A DNA stretch of 64,000 nucleotides from Desulfobacterales bacterium (GCA_963674755.2 CAXXVS010000003.1:1440001-1504000); one strand, 5' to 3'; counted from the first letter of the stretch, positions 52,467 to 63,407 are shown. Numbers and translations are program-made. Notes: a model not told the origin generated them from the letters alone.

Positions 52467-54077
52467 CTAAAGCAAGCTCTCGAAGAAATCGTTGCCCTTG
52501 TCGTCGATCAGGATGAAGGCCGGGAAGTCTTTGACCGTGATCATGTAGATGGCCTCCATGCCCAGCTCCGGGAAGGCCACGACCTCCACGTTGGTGATGC
52601 ATTCCTTGCCCAGACGGGCGGCCGGACCGCCGATGGAGCCCAGGTAGAAGCCGCCGTATTGCTGGCAGGCGTCCAGGACCTGCCTGGAGCGGTTGCCCTT
52701 GGCCAGCATGACCATGGAAGCCCCGCGGGCCTGAAAGAGGGGCACATAGGGATCCATGCGGGCGGCCGTGGTGGGACCGAAAGCGCCGGAAGCATAGCCC
52801 GGCGGGGTTTTGGCCGGTCCGGCATAGTAGATGATGTGGTTCCTGATGTAGTCCGGCAGGTCCTCGCCCCGATCGAGCATCTCCTTGAGTTTGGCATGGG
52901 CGATGTCCCGGGCCACCACGATTTTGCCGGTCAGCAAGAGGGGGGTGGCCACCGGGTATTGGGTGAGGGTGGCGCGGATGGCCTCCATGGGTTGGTCGAG
53001 GTCGATGGCCACGGCGTCGTTCATGGCCAGGCCGGGTTCCGGCAGAAAACGGGCCGGATCGGTGTCGAGCTTTTCGAGGAAGACGCCCGCGGGGGTGATC
53101 TTGGCCTTGATGTTGCGGTCGGCGCTGCAGCTGACGCCGATGCCGATGGGGCAGGAGGCGCCATGGCGCGGCAGGCGGACGATACGCACGTCGTGGCAGA
53201 AGTATTTGCCGCCGAACTGGGCGCCGATGCCCAGATCCCGGGAAATCTGCAGAACTTCTTCCTCCAGGGCCATATCCCGGAAGGCGTGGCCGCCGGCACT
53301 GCCCTGGGTGGGCAGGGCATCGAGGTAGCCGGCCGAGGCCAGTTTGACGGTTTTAAGGGTCATCTCGGCCGAGGTGCCGCCGATCACGATGGCCAGGTGG
53401 TAGGGCGGGCAGGCGGCCGTTCCCAGGCTTTTCATCTTGGCGGTGATAAAGGGGATCAGGGTGTCGGGGTTCAGGACAGCCTTGGTCTCCTGGTAGAGGT
53501 AGGTCTTGTTGGCCGAACCGCCGCCCTTGGCCACGAAGAGAAATTTGTAGCTGTCCCCGGGGGTGGCGTAGAGCTCGATCTGGGCCGGCAGGTTGCAGGC
53601 CGTATTTTTTTCATCGAACATGCTCAAGGGGGCGTTCTGGGAATAGCGCAGGTTGTTGCGCGTATAGGCATTGAAAACGCCCCGGGCGATGGCCGCTTCA
53701 TCGGCGTCGCCGGTGGTCCACACCTGCTGGCCCTTTTTCCCCATGACGATGGCTGTTCCGGTATCCTGGCACATGGGAAATTCTCCCTCGGCCGAAATGA
53801 CGGCGTTCTTCAGCATCTCCAGGGCCACGAAGCGGTCGTTCTGGGAGGCTTCCGGATCATCCAGAATGCGCCGCAGGGATTCGAGATGGCGGGTCCGGTA
53901 CAGGTGGGACACGTCTCGGAAGGCTTCTTCCGTCAGGGCGGTCAGGGCCTCCGGTTGAATGATGGTCATATCCCGACCCTCGAAACTGGCTTGCGTGATT
54001 CCGTCCTGGGTGATGAGGCGGTATTCGGTGTCGTCCTTTCCCAGCGGGAACATGTCCTGGTAGCTGAATTCGGTCAT
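52467..54077 (-). CDS. fumA: Class I (Fe-S) fumarate hydratase
   Basis: [30 protein letters not shown] and GPTT motifs; AAGGAGG RBS. Confidence 0.93.
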   Translation of the reverse strand: MTEFSYQDMFPLGKDDTEYRLITQDGITQASFEGRDMTIIQPEALTALTEEAFRDVSHLYRTRHLESLRRILDDPEASQNDRFVALEMLKNAVISAEGEFPMCQDTGTAIVMGKKGQQVWTTGDADEAAIARGVFNAYTRNNLRYSQNAPLSMFDEKNTACNLPAQIELYATPGDSYKFLFVAKGGGSANKTYLYQETKAVLNPDTLIPFITAKMKSLGTAACPPYHLAIVIGGTSAEMTLKTVKLASAGYLDALPTQGSAGGHAFRDMALEEEVLQISRDLGIGAQFGGKYFCHDVRIVRLPRHGASCPIGIGVSCSADRNIKAKITPAGVFLEKLDTDPARFLPEPGLAMNDAVAIDLDQPMEAIRATLTQYPVATPLLLTGKIVVARDIAHAKLKEMLDRGEDLPDYIRNHIIYYAGPAKTPPGYASGAFGPTTAARMDPYVPLFQARGASMVMLAKGNRSRQVLDACQQYGGFYLGSIGGPAARLGKECITNVEVVAFPELGMEAIYMITVKDFPAFILIDDKGNDFFESLL

Positions 54078-54230
54078 CGCGAGAACTCCTCCTTGTAAAA
54101 AAGCCCCCGCATCGTGCGGCGGCTGAATTTCGGGATAAGGCCGACTCCGCCGATCGTTCCATCGGCAAAACCCCGCCTTCGGCAGGGCCAAGTTAGCTGT
54201 GCCGGATGTTATGGCCCTGCGGCGGATCCG

Positions 54231-56015
54231 TCAGGCGGCATCCAAAATATGGCGCATTTTTTCGCTGAGCTGTTTCATGTTAAAGGGTTTTTGGATAAAG
54301 TCATTGCAGCCCCGTTCCAGGATCTCCGAGGCCTCGCCGCTGATGCTGTAGCCGCTGGAGAGAAGCACCTTGATATCCGGGTTGATTTTTTTCAATTCGT
54401 CGTAGGTTTTGCCCCCGCCCATATCCGGCATGATCATGTCCAGGATGACGAGATCGATTTCCTTCTCGTGGTCTTTGTAGGCCGCCAGGGCTTCCAGGCC
54501 GTTGCGGGCCGTGATGACTTTGTAGCCCAGCTCGTGCAATATCTCTTCGCCCACTTCCATGGTGATGTCCTCGTCATCCACCAGAAGAATAGTTTCACTG
54601 CCCTGCCGCAGTTCGCGCGGCTTCCGGGCCTCTTGTTCGACAATCTTGTCGGAGGCCGGCAGATAGAGGTTGAAGGTCGTGCCACGTCCCTTTTCGCTGT
54701 AGACGTTGATGTGGCCGCCATGGTTCTTGATGATGCCGTAGGCCGAGGCCAGCCCTAAGCCGGTGCCGCGTCCCATCTCCTTGGTGGTGAAGAAAGGCTC
54801 GAAAATGCGCTCCTGGGTGGCCTGGTCCATGCCGACGCCGGTGTCGACCACCGAGAGCTTGACATAGCGGCCGGGCTTCACCTTGTAAGGCGTTTTGTAG
54901 GTGTCGTCCAATTCCACGTCTTCGCTCAGCAGATGCAGATCGCCGCCGCCCGGCATGGCCTGCCAGGCGTTGACAAAAAGGTTGAGGAAGACCTGTTCCA
55001 TCTGGCCGCGATCCACGTCCACCGGCCAGGTGTCCCGAAGATACGCGGTGTGGATGCGGATTTCCTTCTTGGTGCGGCCGAACATCTGGGCGCTCTGGCT
55101 CACAAGCGCCCCCAGGGCAGTGGTTTTCACATTGTATTTGCCGCCCCGGGCAAACCCCAGCAGCTGTTTGGTCAGCTCCGACCCGTTCTGGATGTATTTT
55201 TCGATATTTTTCAGCTTCTCGTAGTGGGCGTGATCCGGCTCGATGCGGGCCAGCATGAGGGAGGCATTGCCCAGGATGCCCATCATGATGTTGTTGAAGT
55301 CATGGGCGATGCCGCTGGCCAGGGTGCCGACGGCTTCCATCTTCTGGGCCTGCTGCAGCTGGGCCTCCAGGCGCCGTTTTTCCTTTTCCACCCGCAGGCG
55401 CTCGGACACGTCCCGGCCCACGACCCGGAACCCGGCCGGCTCCCCTTTCTGGTCGCGCATGAGGGAAATGGAGAGTTCCAGAACCACTTCCGATGCATCG
55501 GGCCGGATGATTTCATAATTCGAAACGGGTTGGGATTCCCCGGTGAGGTAAATGTGGTTGAAGGCGTGGGAGAGCCGATCGGCGCTTTTGGGGCCTGCCA
55601 GGTCGCGGTTGTTCATTCCGATCAGTTTGGCGGTCGGGCGGTCGGCCATGCGGCAGAGGGCGCCGTTGACGAAAGTCAGCGTGCCCTGCAGATCGACCTC
55701 GAAATACCCCTCCTCCATGCTCTCGATGATGGTGCGATACTTGGCTTCGCTGTCCTGCAGTTGGGCATCCGATTCCCGGCGCTTGTTTATGGTGTACTGG
55801 ACGTGGGAACCGAAGATGGCAAACAGGCACAATACGAAGATGCGGCTCCAGCTGTTGTAGGAATCGGTCCCGGTCAAACGCTGGAGGAAATCGGCGCCTG
55901 GTGTGGAGAAAAAGTAGAAGAGGGATTCCAGCAGCCAATAAACCGCGGCCAGGGCGATGCCGGTCAGCACCATGGATTCGGAGAGGTTTTTGCTTTTGGG
56001 GAATTTCAGTGCCAT
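54231..56015 (-). CDS. Membrane-bound PAS hybrid histidine kinase/receiver
   Basis: 2 TM helices, PAS, AHDFNN, FFTTK...GTGLGL, and a receiver domain (LVDDE, LDMIMP, KP). Confidence 0.92.
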   Translation of the reverse strand: MALKFPKSKNLSESMVLTGIALAAVYWLLESLFYFFSTPGADFLQRLTGTDSYNSWSRIFVLCLFAIFGSHVQYTINKRRESDAQLQDSEAKYRTIIESMEEGYFEVDLQGTLTFVNGALCRMADRPTAKLIGMNNRDLAGPKSADRLSHAFNHIYLTGESQPVSNYEIIRPDASEVVLELSISLMRDQKGEPAGFRVVGRDVSERLRVEKEKRRLEAQLQQAQKMEAVGTLASGIAHDFNNIMMGILGNASLMLARIEPDHAHYEKLKNIEKYIQNGSELTKQLLGFARGGKYNVKTTALGALVSQSAQMFGRTKKEIRIHTAYLRDTWPVDVDRGQMEQVFLNLFVNAWQAMPGGGDLHLLSEDVELDDTYKTPYKVKPGRYVKLSVVDTGVGMDQATQERIFEPFFTTKEMGRGTGLGLASAYGIIKNHGGHINVYSEKGRGTTFNLYLPASDKIVEQEARKPRELRQGSETILLVDDEDITMEVGEEILHELGYKVITARNGLEALAAYKDHEKEIDLVILDMIMPDMGGGKTYDELKKINPDIKVLLSSGYSISGEASEILERGCNDFIQKPFNMKQLSEKMRHILDAA

Positions 56016-56119
56016 GCCGTCGCCAGTTCAGGATGAGGATCATTCATTTTATAGGCAAAAGTCCGGGGTGAGTCAATCATTGCCGCGCGATTGATCATTG
56101 GCCCCGTGTCGGGGGGGAC

Positions 56120-56815
56120 TCACAGATCTGCCAGGCGTCCATGCTCGGCCAGGGAGGCCAACTGGTCCCGGTCCAGAAGGCCGATTTCCCTGCCGTTGAC
56201 GCGGATCAGTCCCTTGGACGACATGCGGTTCAGGATCCGTGACAGGGTCTCGGGAATCGTGCCGATAATGCTGGCCAGCTGGGCTTTGGAGATGTTGAGC
56301 GCCAGGCGTTCCGCGCCCTGCTTCTCGTCGCTGAGATAGAGCAGATAGGACGCCAGACGGGCCGGGACTTCCTTGAGAGAGATGCTTTCGATCTGCACCG
56401 TAAATTCCCGCAGGCGGTTGGACAGGATGGCCAGCATGTTGAGGGCCAGGGTGGGGCGGGCCCGGATCAGGTCCACAAAAGCCCGGCGCGGGAAAAACAG
56501 CAGGCGGCTTTCGGTGATGGCCTGGGCGTTGGCCGGAAAGGAATCGCCGGCAAAGACCGCCACCTGCCCCAGGGGTTCTCCGCTGCCCAGGATGTGCAGG
56601 ATCTGTTCCTTGCCCTCGGGGGACATCTTGAACACCTTTATTTGGCCGCTGAGGATCAGAAAAAAACCGCGGCCCTCCTCGCCGTCGCTGAAGACCAACT
56701 GGTTGCGCTGATAGGTGCGCTCGGAGGCAATCTGCTGGATACGCTCCAGCTCCCCGTCGGGCAATCCCCTGAAAAACAAGACGTTGGCAAGCAATTGGCG
56801 GATATCCGTTTCCAT
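56120..56815 (-). CDS. hcpR: Crp/Fnr-family regulator, HcpR-like
   Basis: cNMP-binding domain plus GTIPETLSR HTH; divergent from the cytochrome/hcp genes. Confidence 0.78.
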   Translation of the reverse strand: METDIRQLLANVLFFRGLPDGELERIQQIASERTYQRNQLVFSDGEEGRGFFLILSGQIKVFKMSPEGKEQILHILGSGEPLGQVAVFAGDSFPANAQAITESRLLFFPRRAFVDLIRARPTLALNMLAILSNRLREFTVQIESISLKEVPARLASYLLYLSDEKQGAERLALNISKAQLASIIGTIPETLSRILNRMSSKGLIRVNGREIGLLDRDQLASLAEHGRLADL

Positions 56816-56888
56816 GGTGCTCCTCGCTGGGGCGGCGTTTGAGGGACCGTGTCGTGCCGATGATGCCCCACGCCTTAGATCAAAAAGA

Positions 56889-56902
56889 TTGACCTAAGTC
56901 AA
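56889..56902. promoter_or_regulatory. Crp/Fnr (HcpR-type) box TTGAC-N4-GTCAA, site 1
   Basis: TTGACCTAAGTCAA between hcpR and the napC-like gene. Confidence 0.75.
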
Positions 56903-57185
56903 TTTTTGAGGTTGCCCGCTATGGTACCATAAAAAATGAATGCTATTTATCTATTGACAGTCCATCGGTGAGAAAGATACGCATGACGATACAGACAATT
57001 GCCTTCACGCAGATCCAACTCGCCCGTCGCTTTACCGGATCCCGGGGTACTGCACTTCCATAGCGCCTGTTGGCCCTCTTATTGCCGCCGAATGAAATGA
57101 CCGCCTAACGGAACGTTTTCAGAGCCGCAGGACACCCCATAAAATGTTTTGAACGGATTTACCGACACCACGGCAGGCACGGATC

Positions 57186-57716
57186 ATGAAAAAAAAGTAT
57201 ATTATTGCAGGATCCCTCATTGTCCTGGGCGTTCTTATCGCGTTTCCCCTTTTCAGCATGACCTACTACACCATGGTGCGTACCTCCACCCCGCAGTTTT
57301 GCTCGTCCTGCCACGAAATCGGTTTTGCTTACAATACCTGGAGAACCTCCACCCACGTCAACAACGGCCAGGGGTTCGTCGCCGTTTGCATGGACTGCCA
57401 TCTTCCCGCCCCACAAAACACGTTCGACTTTTTTTACGCCAAGACCTTCCACGGTCTCAAAGACGTGGCGGCACATTTCTTCGCGGGCCCGTACAATCAC
57501 GAGGAGAGTCGGGAGAAAGCCTACGCCTCCATCAAAAACGATCAATGCCTGAAATGTCACCAAAACCTCATCTATATGCCCTATAAACGCGGGGCCATGC
57601 TGGCCCATCGGTCGGTCCTCTATCCCCGGCCGGGGTATGAGCTGAGCTGTTTTGATTGCCACCGGAACCTGGTGCATAACGAGAAGCCTTATTACAACTA
57701 TAAAACGTGTGGTTAG
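57186..57716 (+). CDS. Tetraheme NapC/NirT/NrfH-family quinol dehydrogenase
   Basis: N-terminal TM helix and 4 CxxCH (CSSCH, CMDCH, CLKCH, CFDCH). Confidence 0.9.
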   Translation: MKKKYIIAGSLIVLGVLIAFPLFSMTYYTMVRTSTPQFCSSCHEIGFAYNTWRTSTHVNNGQGFVAVCMDCHLPAPQNTFDFFYAKTFHGLKDVAAHFFAGPYNHEESREKAYASIKNDQCLKCHQNLIYMPYKRGAMLAHRSVLYPRPGYELSCFDCHRNLVHNEKPYYNYKTCG

Positions 57717-57808
57717 CGGCTGTTCTCAAAAGCATTTTGGGCACACGCGTCCGATCAGGCGCTTTAACTGCGGTGGGCTTTTATCCAGCATACAAGGAGG
57801 GGCGAGCA

Positions 57809-59215
57809 GTGAAAAAGGAACGCATAGCAATGATGTGGGTGGCGATGCTTCTGATTTTGGGGAGTTGGCACCCCCAAGTCGCCGCTGAGGAACCGCAAGC
57901 CACGAATTTCCCCAAAGCCAAAGCGTTTCGTATCGAGCGCGGCATGTCCCCGGCGGCCCAAGCCTGTATCGAATGTCACAAGGCGGAAAGCCCCGCGATT
58001 TTCGTGGATTGGTCCATGAGTCTTCACGCCAAGGCCAATATCACCTGTCTGGACTGCCATCAGGCCGAAGCGACCGACGCGGATGTAAGCCAGCAGCACT
58101 TCAAGCAGTATGAACGGACCGACACGCCCTGGGGCACAGCCGATTATCGGGCGCCGGTGTCCGCGGTGGTGACCCCCAAGGATTGCTCTCGCTGTCATCC
58201 GGATGAAGTCAAGCAGTACGGCCAAAGCAAGCATGCGCACACCCTGGAGATCATTTGGAAAATAGACCCCTGGCTGAATGCCGGCCTGAACAGCGATGTC
58301 GAGCGGGCAACCGGCTGCTTTCATTGCCATGGCACGGTATTGAAGACAAAAGACGGCCAGTTGGACCCCTTGACATGGCCCAACGTGGGGGTGGGAAGGC
58401 GCAACATGGACGGCAGCCTCGGCAGTTGCAGCAGCTGTCATACCCGGCACCGGTTCTCCGTCATGGACGCCCGCAAACCGGAAGCCTGCGGCCAGTGCCA
58501 CCTCGGCCCCGACCATCCCCAAATCGAGATTTTCAAGGAATCCAAACATGGCGACATTTATGACGCCTTCGGCCAGGATTATAACTGGGACGCCGCACCG
58601 GGGACCTGGACGCCGGGCGTGGACTACCGCGGTCCCACCTGCGCGTCGTGCCACATGTCAGGGTCCGGCAAGGTGTTGACCTCCCACAACGTGGGCGAAC
58701 GCCTTTCCTGGGAACTCCAGGCGCCGCTCACGATTCGTCCGTCGGAGTTCAAACCCTTTCCATCGCCCACCAACTGGGAAGTGGAACGCAACAAAATGAA
58801 AGACGTCTGCCTTCAGTGCCATGGACCTGAGTGGGTGAACGACCACTTTATCAAGCTGGACAAGGTGGTCATGGACTATAATGACGTTTACTTCAAACCG
58901 ATGAAGAAGAAGCTGGACGAACTCTATGCCAAGAAACTGATGGATCCCCAAAAGTTTTTTACGGAGCCGCTCTTTTTCGAGTTCTATGAGTTGTGGCACC
59001 ATGAAGGCCGACGGGCCCGCATGGGGACGGCCATGATGGCCCCGGACTATACCTGGTGGCATGGTTTTTATGAATGCAAGAAGCGCTATGTCCACTTCAT
59101 GAAGGAAGCCGACGACTTGCTGAAAAATAACCAAAAGGCCTATGAGGCCCCGGTGTTTCCGGGATCCGGCGGCAACACCCAGAAACCGCCCGAGATTTTC
59201 GGCAAAGCCGAATAG
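57809..59215 (+). CDS. Octaheme HAO-family cytochrome c (reductive, epsilon-Hao-like)
   Basis: Signal peptide; 8 CxxCH; CHTRHRFS, CHLGPDHPQIEI...SKHG, GPTCASCHM and APDYTWWHG motifs. Confidence 0.87.
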   Translation: MKKERIAMMWVAMLLILGSWHPQVAAEEPQATNFPKAKAFRIERGMSPAAQACIECHKAESPAIFVDWSMSLHAKANITCLDCHQAEATDADVSQQHFKQYERTDTPWGTADYRAPVSAVVTPKDCSRCHPDEVKQYGQSKHAHTLEIIWKIDPWLNAGLNSDVERATGCFHCHGTVLKTKDGQLDPLTWPNVGVGRRNMDGSLGSCSSCHTRHRFSVMDARKPEACGQCHLGPDHPQIEIFKESKHGDIYDAFGQDYNWDAAPGTWTPGVDYRGPTCASCHMSGSGKVLTSHNVGERLSWELQAPLTIRPSEFKPFPSPTNWEVERNKMKDVCLQCHGPEWVNDHFIKLDKVVMDYNDVYFKPMKKKLDELYAKKLMDPQKFFTEPLFFEFYELWHHEGRRARMGTAMMAPDYTWWHGFYECKKRYVHFMKEADDLLKNNQKAYEAPVFPGSGGNTQKPPEIFGKAE

Positions 59216-59517
59216 AACCGGGGCCGTATCCGGTTTGACAAGGGTAACCATAAACGCGTGGGGGGGCAGGGGCGTAACGCTTCGGCCCCCCATGCGTTGG
59301 TTCGTGTGGCGTTTCCCTCTGGCGATCACTGGGCGGAGACGCGATGCGTATTCATCCGCCTGCTGGCCAGCGCGAGAAACCGGCACCCTATACTTCCCCG
59401 TACCCCGCCCGTACCCCTCCTGATGCGACCGGGTAGGAGCGCTTGCCCCCCCCAGCGCCCTGATTACCCCGTCGCTACCCAAGCCTTTCCCGTTTTTTTG
59501 AGGATCTGAAGGGAAAG

Positions 59518-59531
59518 TTGACTTACGTCAA
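59518..59531. promoter_or_regulatory. Crp/Fnr (HcpR-type) box TTGAC-N4-GTCAA, site 2
   Basis: TTGACTTACGTCAA about 95 bp upstream of hcp. Confidence 0.8.
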
Positions 59532-59626
59532 TGCGCATTTACGGTCATGGGGATAGATAGGCGGACAGGATGAACGAAAAGGACGACAGTCAAAGCGGTT
59601 AACCCATATCCTCAAGGAGGCATTCC

Positions 59627-61255
59627 ATGTTTTGTTTTCAATGCGAACAGACGGCCAAAGGCGAAGGCTGCACCAAACTCGGCGTGTGCGGCAAACAGCC
59701 GGATACGGCGGCCTTGCAGGATCTTTTGATTTACGCGGTAAAAGGGCTTTCGATGGTGGCCCGGGCCGGCCTCAAGGTTGGCGTACGGGCCGGCGCCGTG
59801 GACCAATTTGTCTGCGAGGCGATTTTCTCCACCCTGACCAATGTGGATTTCGATCCGGACCGCTTCGTGGCCCTGATCAACGAATGTGTGGCCCTGCGGA
59901 GCCGGTTGGCGACCAAGGTCAAAGCGGCCGGCGGGCAGGTGGACGAGGGCCAGGCGGCGGTCACCTTCACGCCGGAAGCCACCCGCGAAGGCATGGTGGC
60001 CCAAGGCGGGACGGTGGGCGTTCCCACGGGGCCGGAGATCAACGTGGATATCCGTTCCCTGCGGGAACTTTTGGTCTACGGCACCAAAGGTCTGGCCGCC
60101 TACGCGGATCATGCCCGGATCCTGGGACAGGAAGACCCGGCCATCTATGATTTCATTTACGAGGCCATGGCCGCCACCCTGGACGAGAGCCTCGGGGTGG
60201 ACGAGCTGGTGGGCCTGGCCCTCAAGTGCGGGGAGGTGAACCTGCGGGCCATGGAACTCCTGGATGCCGGCAACACCGGCACTTACGGCCACCCGGTGCC
60301 CACCAAGGTGCCCCTGGGGGCCAAACAGGGCAAGGCCATCCTCGTTTCGGGGCACGATCTCAAGGATCTCGAGGAGATCCTCAAACAGACTGCAGGCAAG
60401 GGCATCAACGTCTATACCCACGGCGAGATGCTGCCCTGCCACGGGTATCCGGGGTTGAAAAAATATTCCCATTTCTACGGGCACTACGGCACCGCCTGGC
60501 AGAACCAGGCCAAGGAATTCGCCGCTTTCCCGGGCGCCATTCTGATGACCACCAATTGCATCCAGCGGCCGGCGGAAAGTTATAAGGATAACATTTTCAC
60601 CACCGGCCTGGTGGGCTGGCCCGGAGTGTCGCATATCGCCGACAAGAACTTTGCCCCGGTGATCGCGAAAGCCCTGGACATGCCGGGTTTCAGCGCGGAT
60701 GCGCCCGGTAAGGAAGTCCTGGTGGGCTTCGGCCACAATGCCGTCCTGGGGGTGGCCGGACAAGTTGTCGAGGCCGTCAAGAACAAGGCCATCCGGCACT
60801 TTTTCCTGGTGGGGGGCTGCGACGGGGCCAAGACCGGCCGCAACTACTACACCGAACTGGTGGAGAAGATCCCTGGGGACTGCGTCGTGCTGACCCTGGC
60901 CTGCGGCAAGTTCCGTTTCTTCGACAAGGATCTGGGGGACATCGGCGGCATTCCACGCCTGCTCGATATCGGCCAGTGCAACGATGCCCATTCGGCGATT
61001 CAGATTGCGGTGGCCCTGGCCGGGGCGTTTGACTGCGGCGTGAACGATTTGCCCCTGTCCATGATTTTGTCCTGGTACGAGCAGAAAGCCTGTGTGATTC
61101 TGCTCTCCCTGTTGCATCTGGGGATCCGGGACATCCGCCTGGGACCCAGCCTGCCGGCCTTCATTTCGCCCAACGTGCTGGATGTACTGGTGAAAAACTT
61201 CAACATCATGCCCATCGGCTCCCCGGACGAGGATCTGAAGGCCATCCTGGGGTAG
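59627..61255 (+). CDS. hcp: Hybrid cluster protein (hydroxylamine/NO reductase)
   Basis: MFCFQCEQT...C...GVCGK, SGHDL, THGEMLP, GGCDG, GQCND and WYEQKA motifs. Confidence 0.97.
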   Translation: MFCFQCEQTAKGEGCTKLGVCGKQPDTAALQDLLIYAVKGLSMVARAGLKVGVRAGAVDQFVCEAIFSTLTNVDFDPDRFVALINECVALRSRLATKVKAAGGQVDEGQAAVTFTPEATREGMVAQGGTVGVPTGPEINVDIRSLRELLVYGTKGLAAYADHARILGQEDPAIYDFIYEAMAATLDESLGVDELVGLALKCGEVNLRAMELLDAGNTGTYGHPVPTKVPLGAKQGKAILVSGHDLKDLEEILKQTAGKGINVYTHGEMLPCHGYPGLKKYSHFYGHYGTAWQNQAKEFAAFPGAILMTTNCIQRPAESYKDNIFTTGLVGWPGVSHIADKNFAPVIAKALDMPGFSADAPGKEVLVGFGHNAVLGVAGQVVEAVKNKAIRHFFLVGGCDGAKTGRNYYTELVEKIPGDCVVLTLACGKFRFFDKDLGDIGGIPRLLDIGQCNDAHSAIQIAVALAGAFDCGVNDLPLSMILSWYEQKACVILLSLLHLGIRDIRLGPSLPAFISPNVLDVLVKNFNIMPIGSPDEDLKAILG

Positions 61256-61359
61256 CGGGATCGGACTGGCTATCCGTTTGATCGGCATTATCCTAGACGG
61301 GCGGTCGGCCAACGTTTCCGGCCGCCCGCCAGGCGCACGTTCAACGGGAGGATACAGCG

Positions 61360-62085
61360 ATGAAATGCCCGGGACAGGATATGCAATTCTGGAAAGCAGG
61401 GGATATTTTCGAAGTGGAATGCCCCCATTGCGGCCGTACCGTGGAGTTTTTCAAAGACGACACGGCCCGGCGCTGCGGCCACTGCGGCCATCGTTTTGCC
61501 AATCCCAAAATGGATTTCGGCTGTGCCGCCTATTGCCCCTTTGCCGAACAATGCATCGGCGATCTGCCGCCCGAGGTGGCCGCCCAGCAGGAAAATCTGC
61601 TGAAGGACAAGGTGGCCGTGGCTGTCAAACAATACTATGGCCGGGATTTCCGGCGCATTGGCCATACTTCCCGCGTAGCCCGTTATGCCGAACAGCTGGC
61701 CCGGGCGGAAAACGCCAACCTGGCGGTGGTGTTGGCGGCGGCCTTTCTACTGGATGTGGATCAGGCCGGACCGTCCCAGACGCCCGGCGATAAGGACGGG
61801 ACCGGCCGCGGCAATGGGGGGACGGCGGTGGCACGGGCCATTTTGGACCGGGTCCATGCCCGCCAGGACATGACGGACGCGGTTTGTGATGTGATCCAAC
61901 AGGTCCAGGGCGGCAACGGCGATGCCTCCCGCGAGGTGGGGGTTGTGCGCGATGCCATGCTCCTGGCCGGGTTGGAAGAACAGAAAAGAGACGGGAATCT
62001 GCAAGCGGACAGCCTGTCCAGGATGTCGACGGCCTGTCATACCGCCGCCTGTCAGCAGCAAGCCGAAACTCTCCTGAATGCGTGA
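61360..62085 (+). CDS. Cys-rich zinc-ribbon protein fused to a degenerate HD-like domain
   Basis: MKCPGQD, CPHC, CGHC, CAAYCPFAEQC; RIGH...RV...AAFLLDV (LD where HD is expected). Confidence 0.7.
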   Translation: MKCPGQDMQFWKAGDIFEVECPHCGRTVEFFKDDTARRCGHCGHRFANPKMDFGCAAYCPFAEQCIGDLPPEVAAQQENLLKDKVAVAVKQYYGRDFRRIGHTSRVARYAEQLARAENANLAVVLAAAFLLDVDQAGPSQTPGDKDGTGRGNGGTAVARAILDRVHARQDMTDAVCDVIQQVQGGNGDASREVGVVRDAMLLAGLEEQKRDGNLQADSLSRMSTACHTAACQQQAETLLNA

Positions 62086-62111
62086 AAACGGAACTAATGA
62101 GGTAAGCATCA

Positions 62112-62870
62112 ATGAAAGTCGTGCGAAAGATCATCGAAATCGACGAAGAACTCTGCGACGGCTGCGGCCAGTGCGTCACCGGGTGTGCGGAAGGGGCGCT
62201 CGCCATTATCGACCACAAGGCGCGTGTCATTTCGGACAATCTGTGTGATGGCCTGGGCGCCTGCATCGGGGAGTGTCCCACCGGCGCCCTGCAGATCGTG
62301 GAGCGCGAAGCCGAGGAGTTCGACGAGAACGCGGTCGAGAATCACCTGGCGCAGCAGCCCCGCGAACAAGCGGTCAGCACACCGGCCATGGGGGGCGGGT
62401 GCCCGTCGGCCGGCATCCAAATGTTCACCCCGCAGGCTCCGGATGCCGGGCCGCGCCACAAGGCGGCCAAGGACGATGAAATGCCTTCCGCCCTGTCCCA
62501 CTGGCCGATCAAACTGCGCCTGGTACCGCCCCATGCGCCGTTTTTAAAGGAGGCGGATTTGCTGGTATTGGCCGATTGCGGCGCCATTGCTTTTCCTACG
62601 CTGCATCGCGACTTGCTGCAGGGCCGCGTGGTGCTGGCGGGCTGTCCTAAATTTGATGATGTGGCCCTGTACGAAGAGCGGCTCACCCAGATTTTCAGGC
62701 AGGCGCACATCCGGACCGTTACCGTGGTCCGCATGGAGGTCCCCTGTTGCGCCGGGCTGCAAGCCCTGGTGCTGAAATGCCTCCGGTCGTCCGGTGCAGA
62801 CATCCCGGTGGAAGAAATCGTGATTTCCGCCACGGGCCGGCGGGTGGACCCCTCCCGCCGTTTATCCTGA
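62112..62870 (+). CDS. 2x[4Fe-4S] ferredoxin-domain protein (FrdX-like, hcp-associated)
   Basis: CDGCGQCVTGC, CDGLGACIGECP, GCP, WPIKLRLV, GCPKFD and MEVPCC motifs. Confidence 0.85.
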   Translation: MKVVRKIIEIDEELCDGCGQCVTGCAEGALAIIDHKARVISDNLCDGLGACIGECPTGALQIVEREAEEFDENAVENHLAQQPREQAVSTPAMGGGCPSAGIQMFTPQAPDAGPRHKAAKDDEMPSALSHWPIKLRLVPPHAPFLKEADLLVLADCGAIAFPTLHRDLLQGRVVLAGCPKFDDVALYEERLTQIFRQAHIRTVTVVRMEVPCCAGLQALVLKCLRSSGADIPVEEIVISATGRRVDPSRRLS

Positions 62871-63315
62871 GCTGCCGGGGATCAGGGGCATGGTGGCCCC
62901 CGGTCCCGATGTGCCAAAACGCAAAACTTGCAAGTCCGGCACGAGTCTGCTATCACTTGCCTTGCTTGGAAGCCTACTGCGCAGCGGGTGTTAACACCCG
63001 TTACTTGGCGCCATCCCCTCGAATCCCTATTGCATCTTCAAGCAGTGTGTTCAGGCTTCTGATTTTCCGTAGCAATTGCCTCATATTTTTTATTTTATGA
63101 GACAGTCTGTCTCAGATTAACGCCCTTATGCCTATCGATCCCTGATCGGCTGGCCTGGTGTCGGGTTTTGGGTTCTGTCTCACGACGGCGATGGCCGCAG
63201 CGGTTGGCCTTGTGTATCACAAAGACAGTGTCGCGGTTTGGCGATCGTTTTCCCGGATTGCGGTATGCTGAAATAAATTTATAGAATTCAATGGGTTGTA
63301 AATTTTCGCATTCAA

Positions 63316-63331
63316 TGGCATGCCATTTGAA
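63316..63331 (+). promoter_or_regulatory. Possible sigma-54 promoter
   Basis: TGGCATG-CCAT-TTGAA has correct GG-N10 spacing but GA instead of GC at -12; AT-rich region upstream. Confidence 0.35.
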
Positions 63332-63407
63332 ATAGAAACAGGCACAATGACGACCGATAGCACCCCAGGGGGAACTACCGGGAGTATCTATAGGAGCCTG
63401 TTCAGCC

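Noticed and set aside
54078..54230. GC-rich hairpins upstream of fumarase as a riboswitch
   Set aside because: I recognise no riboswitch consensus here; an Rfam scan would be needed.
62938..62952. CGGCACGAGTCTGCT as a sigma-54 promoter
   Set aside because: The GG-to-GC spacing is 9 nt rather than the required 10.
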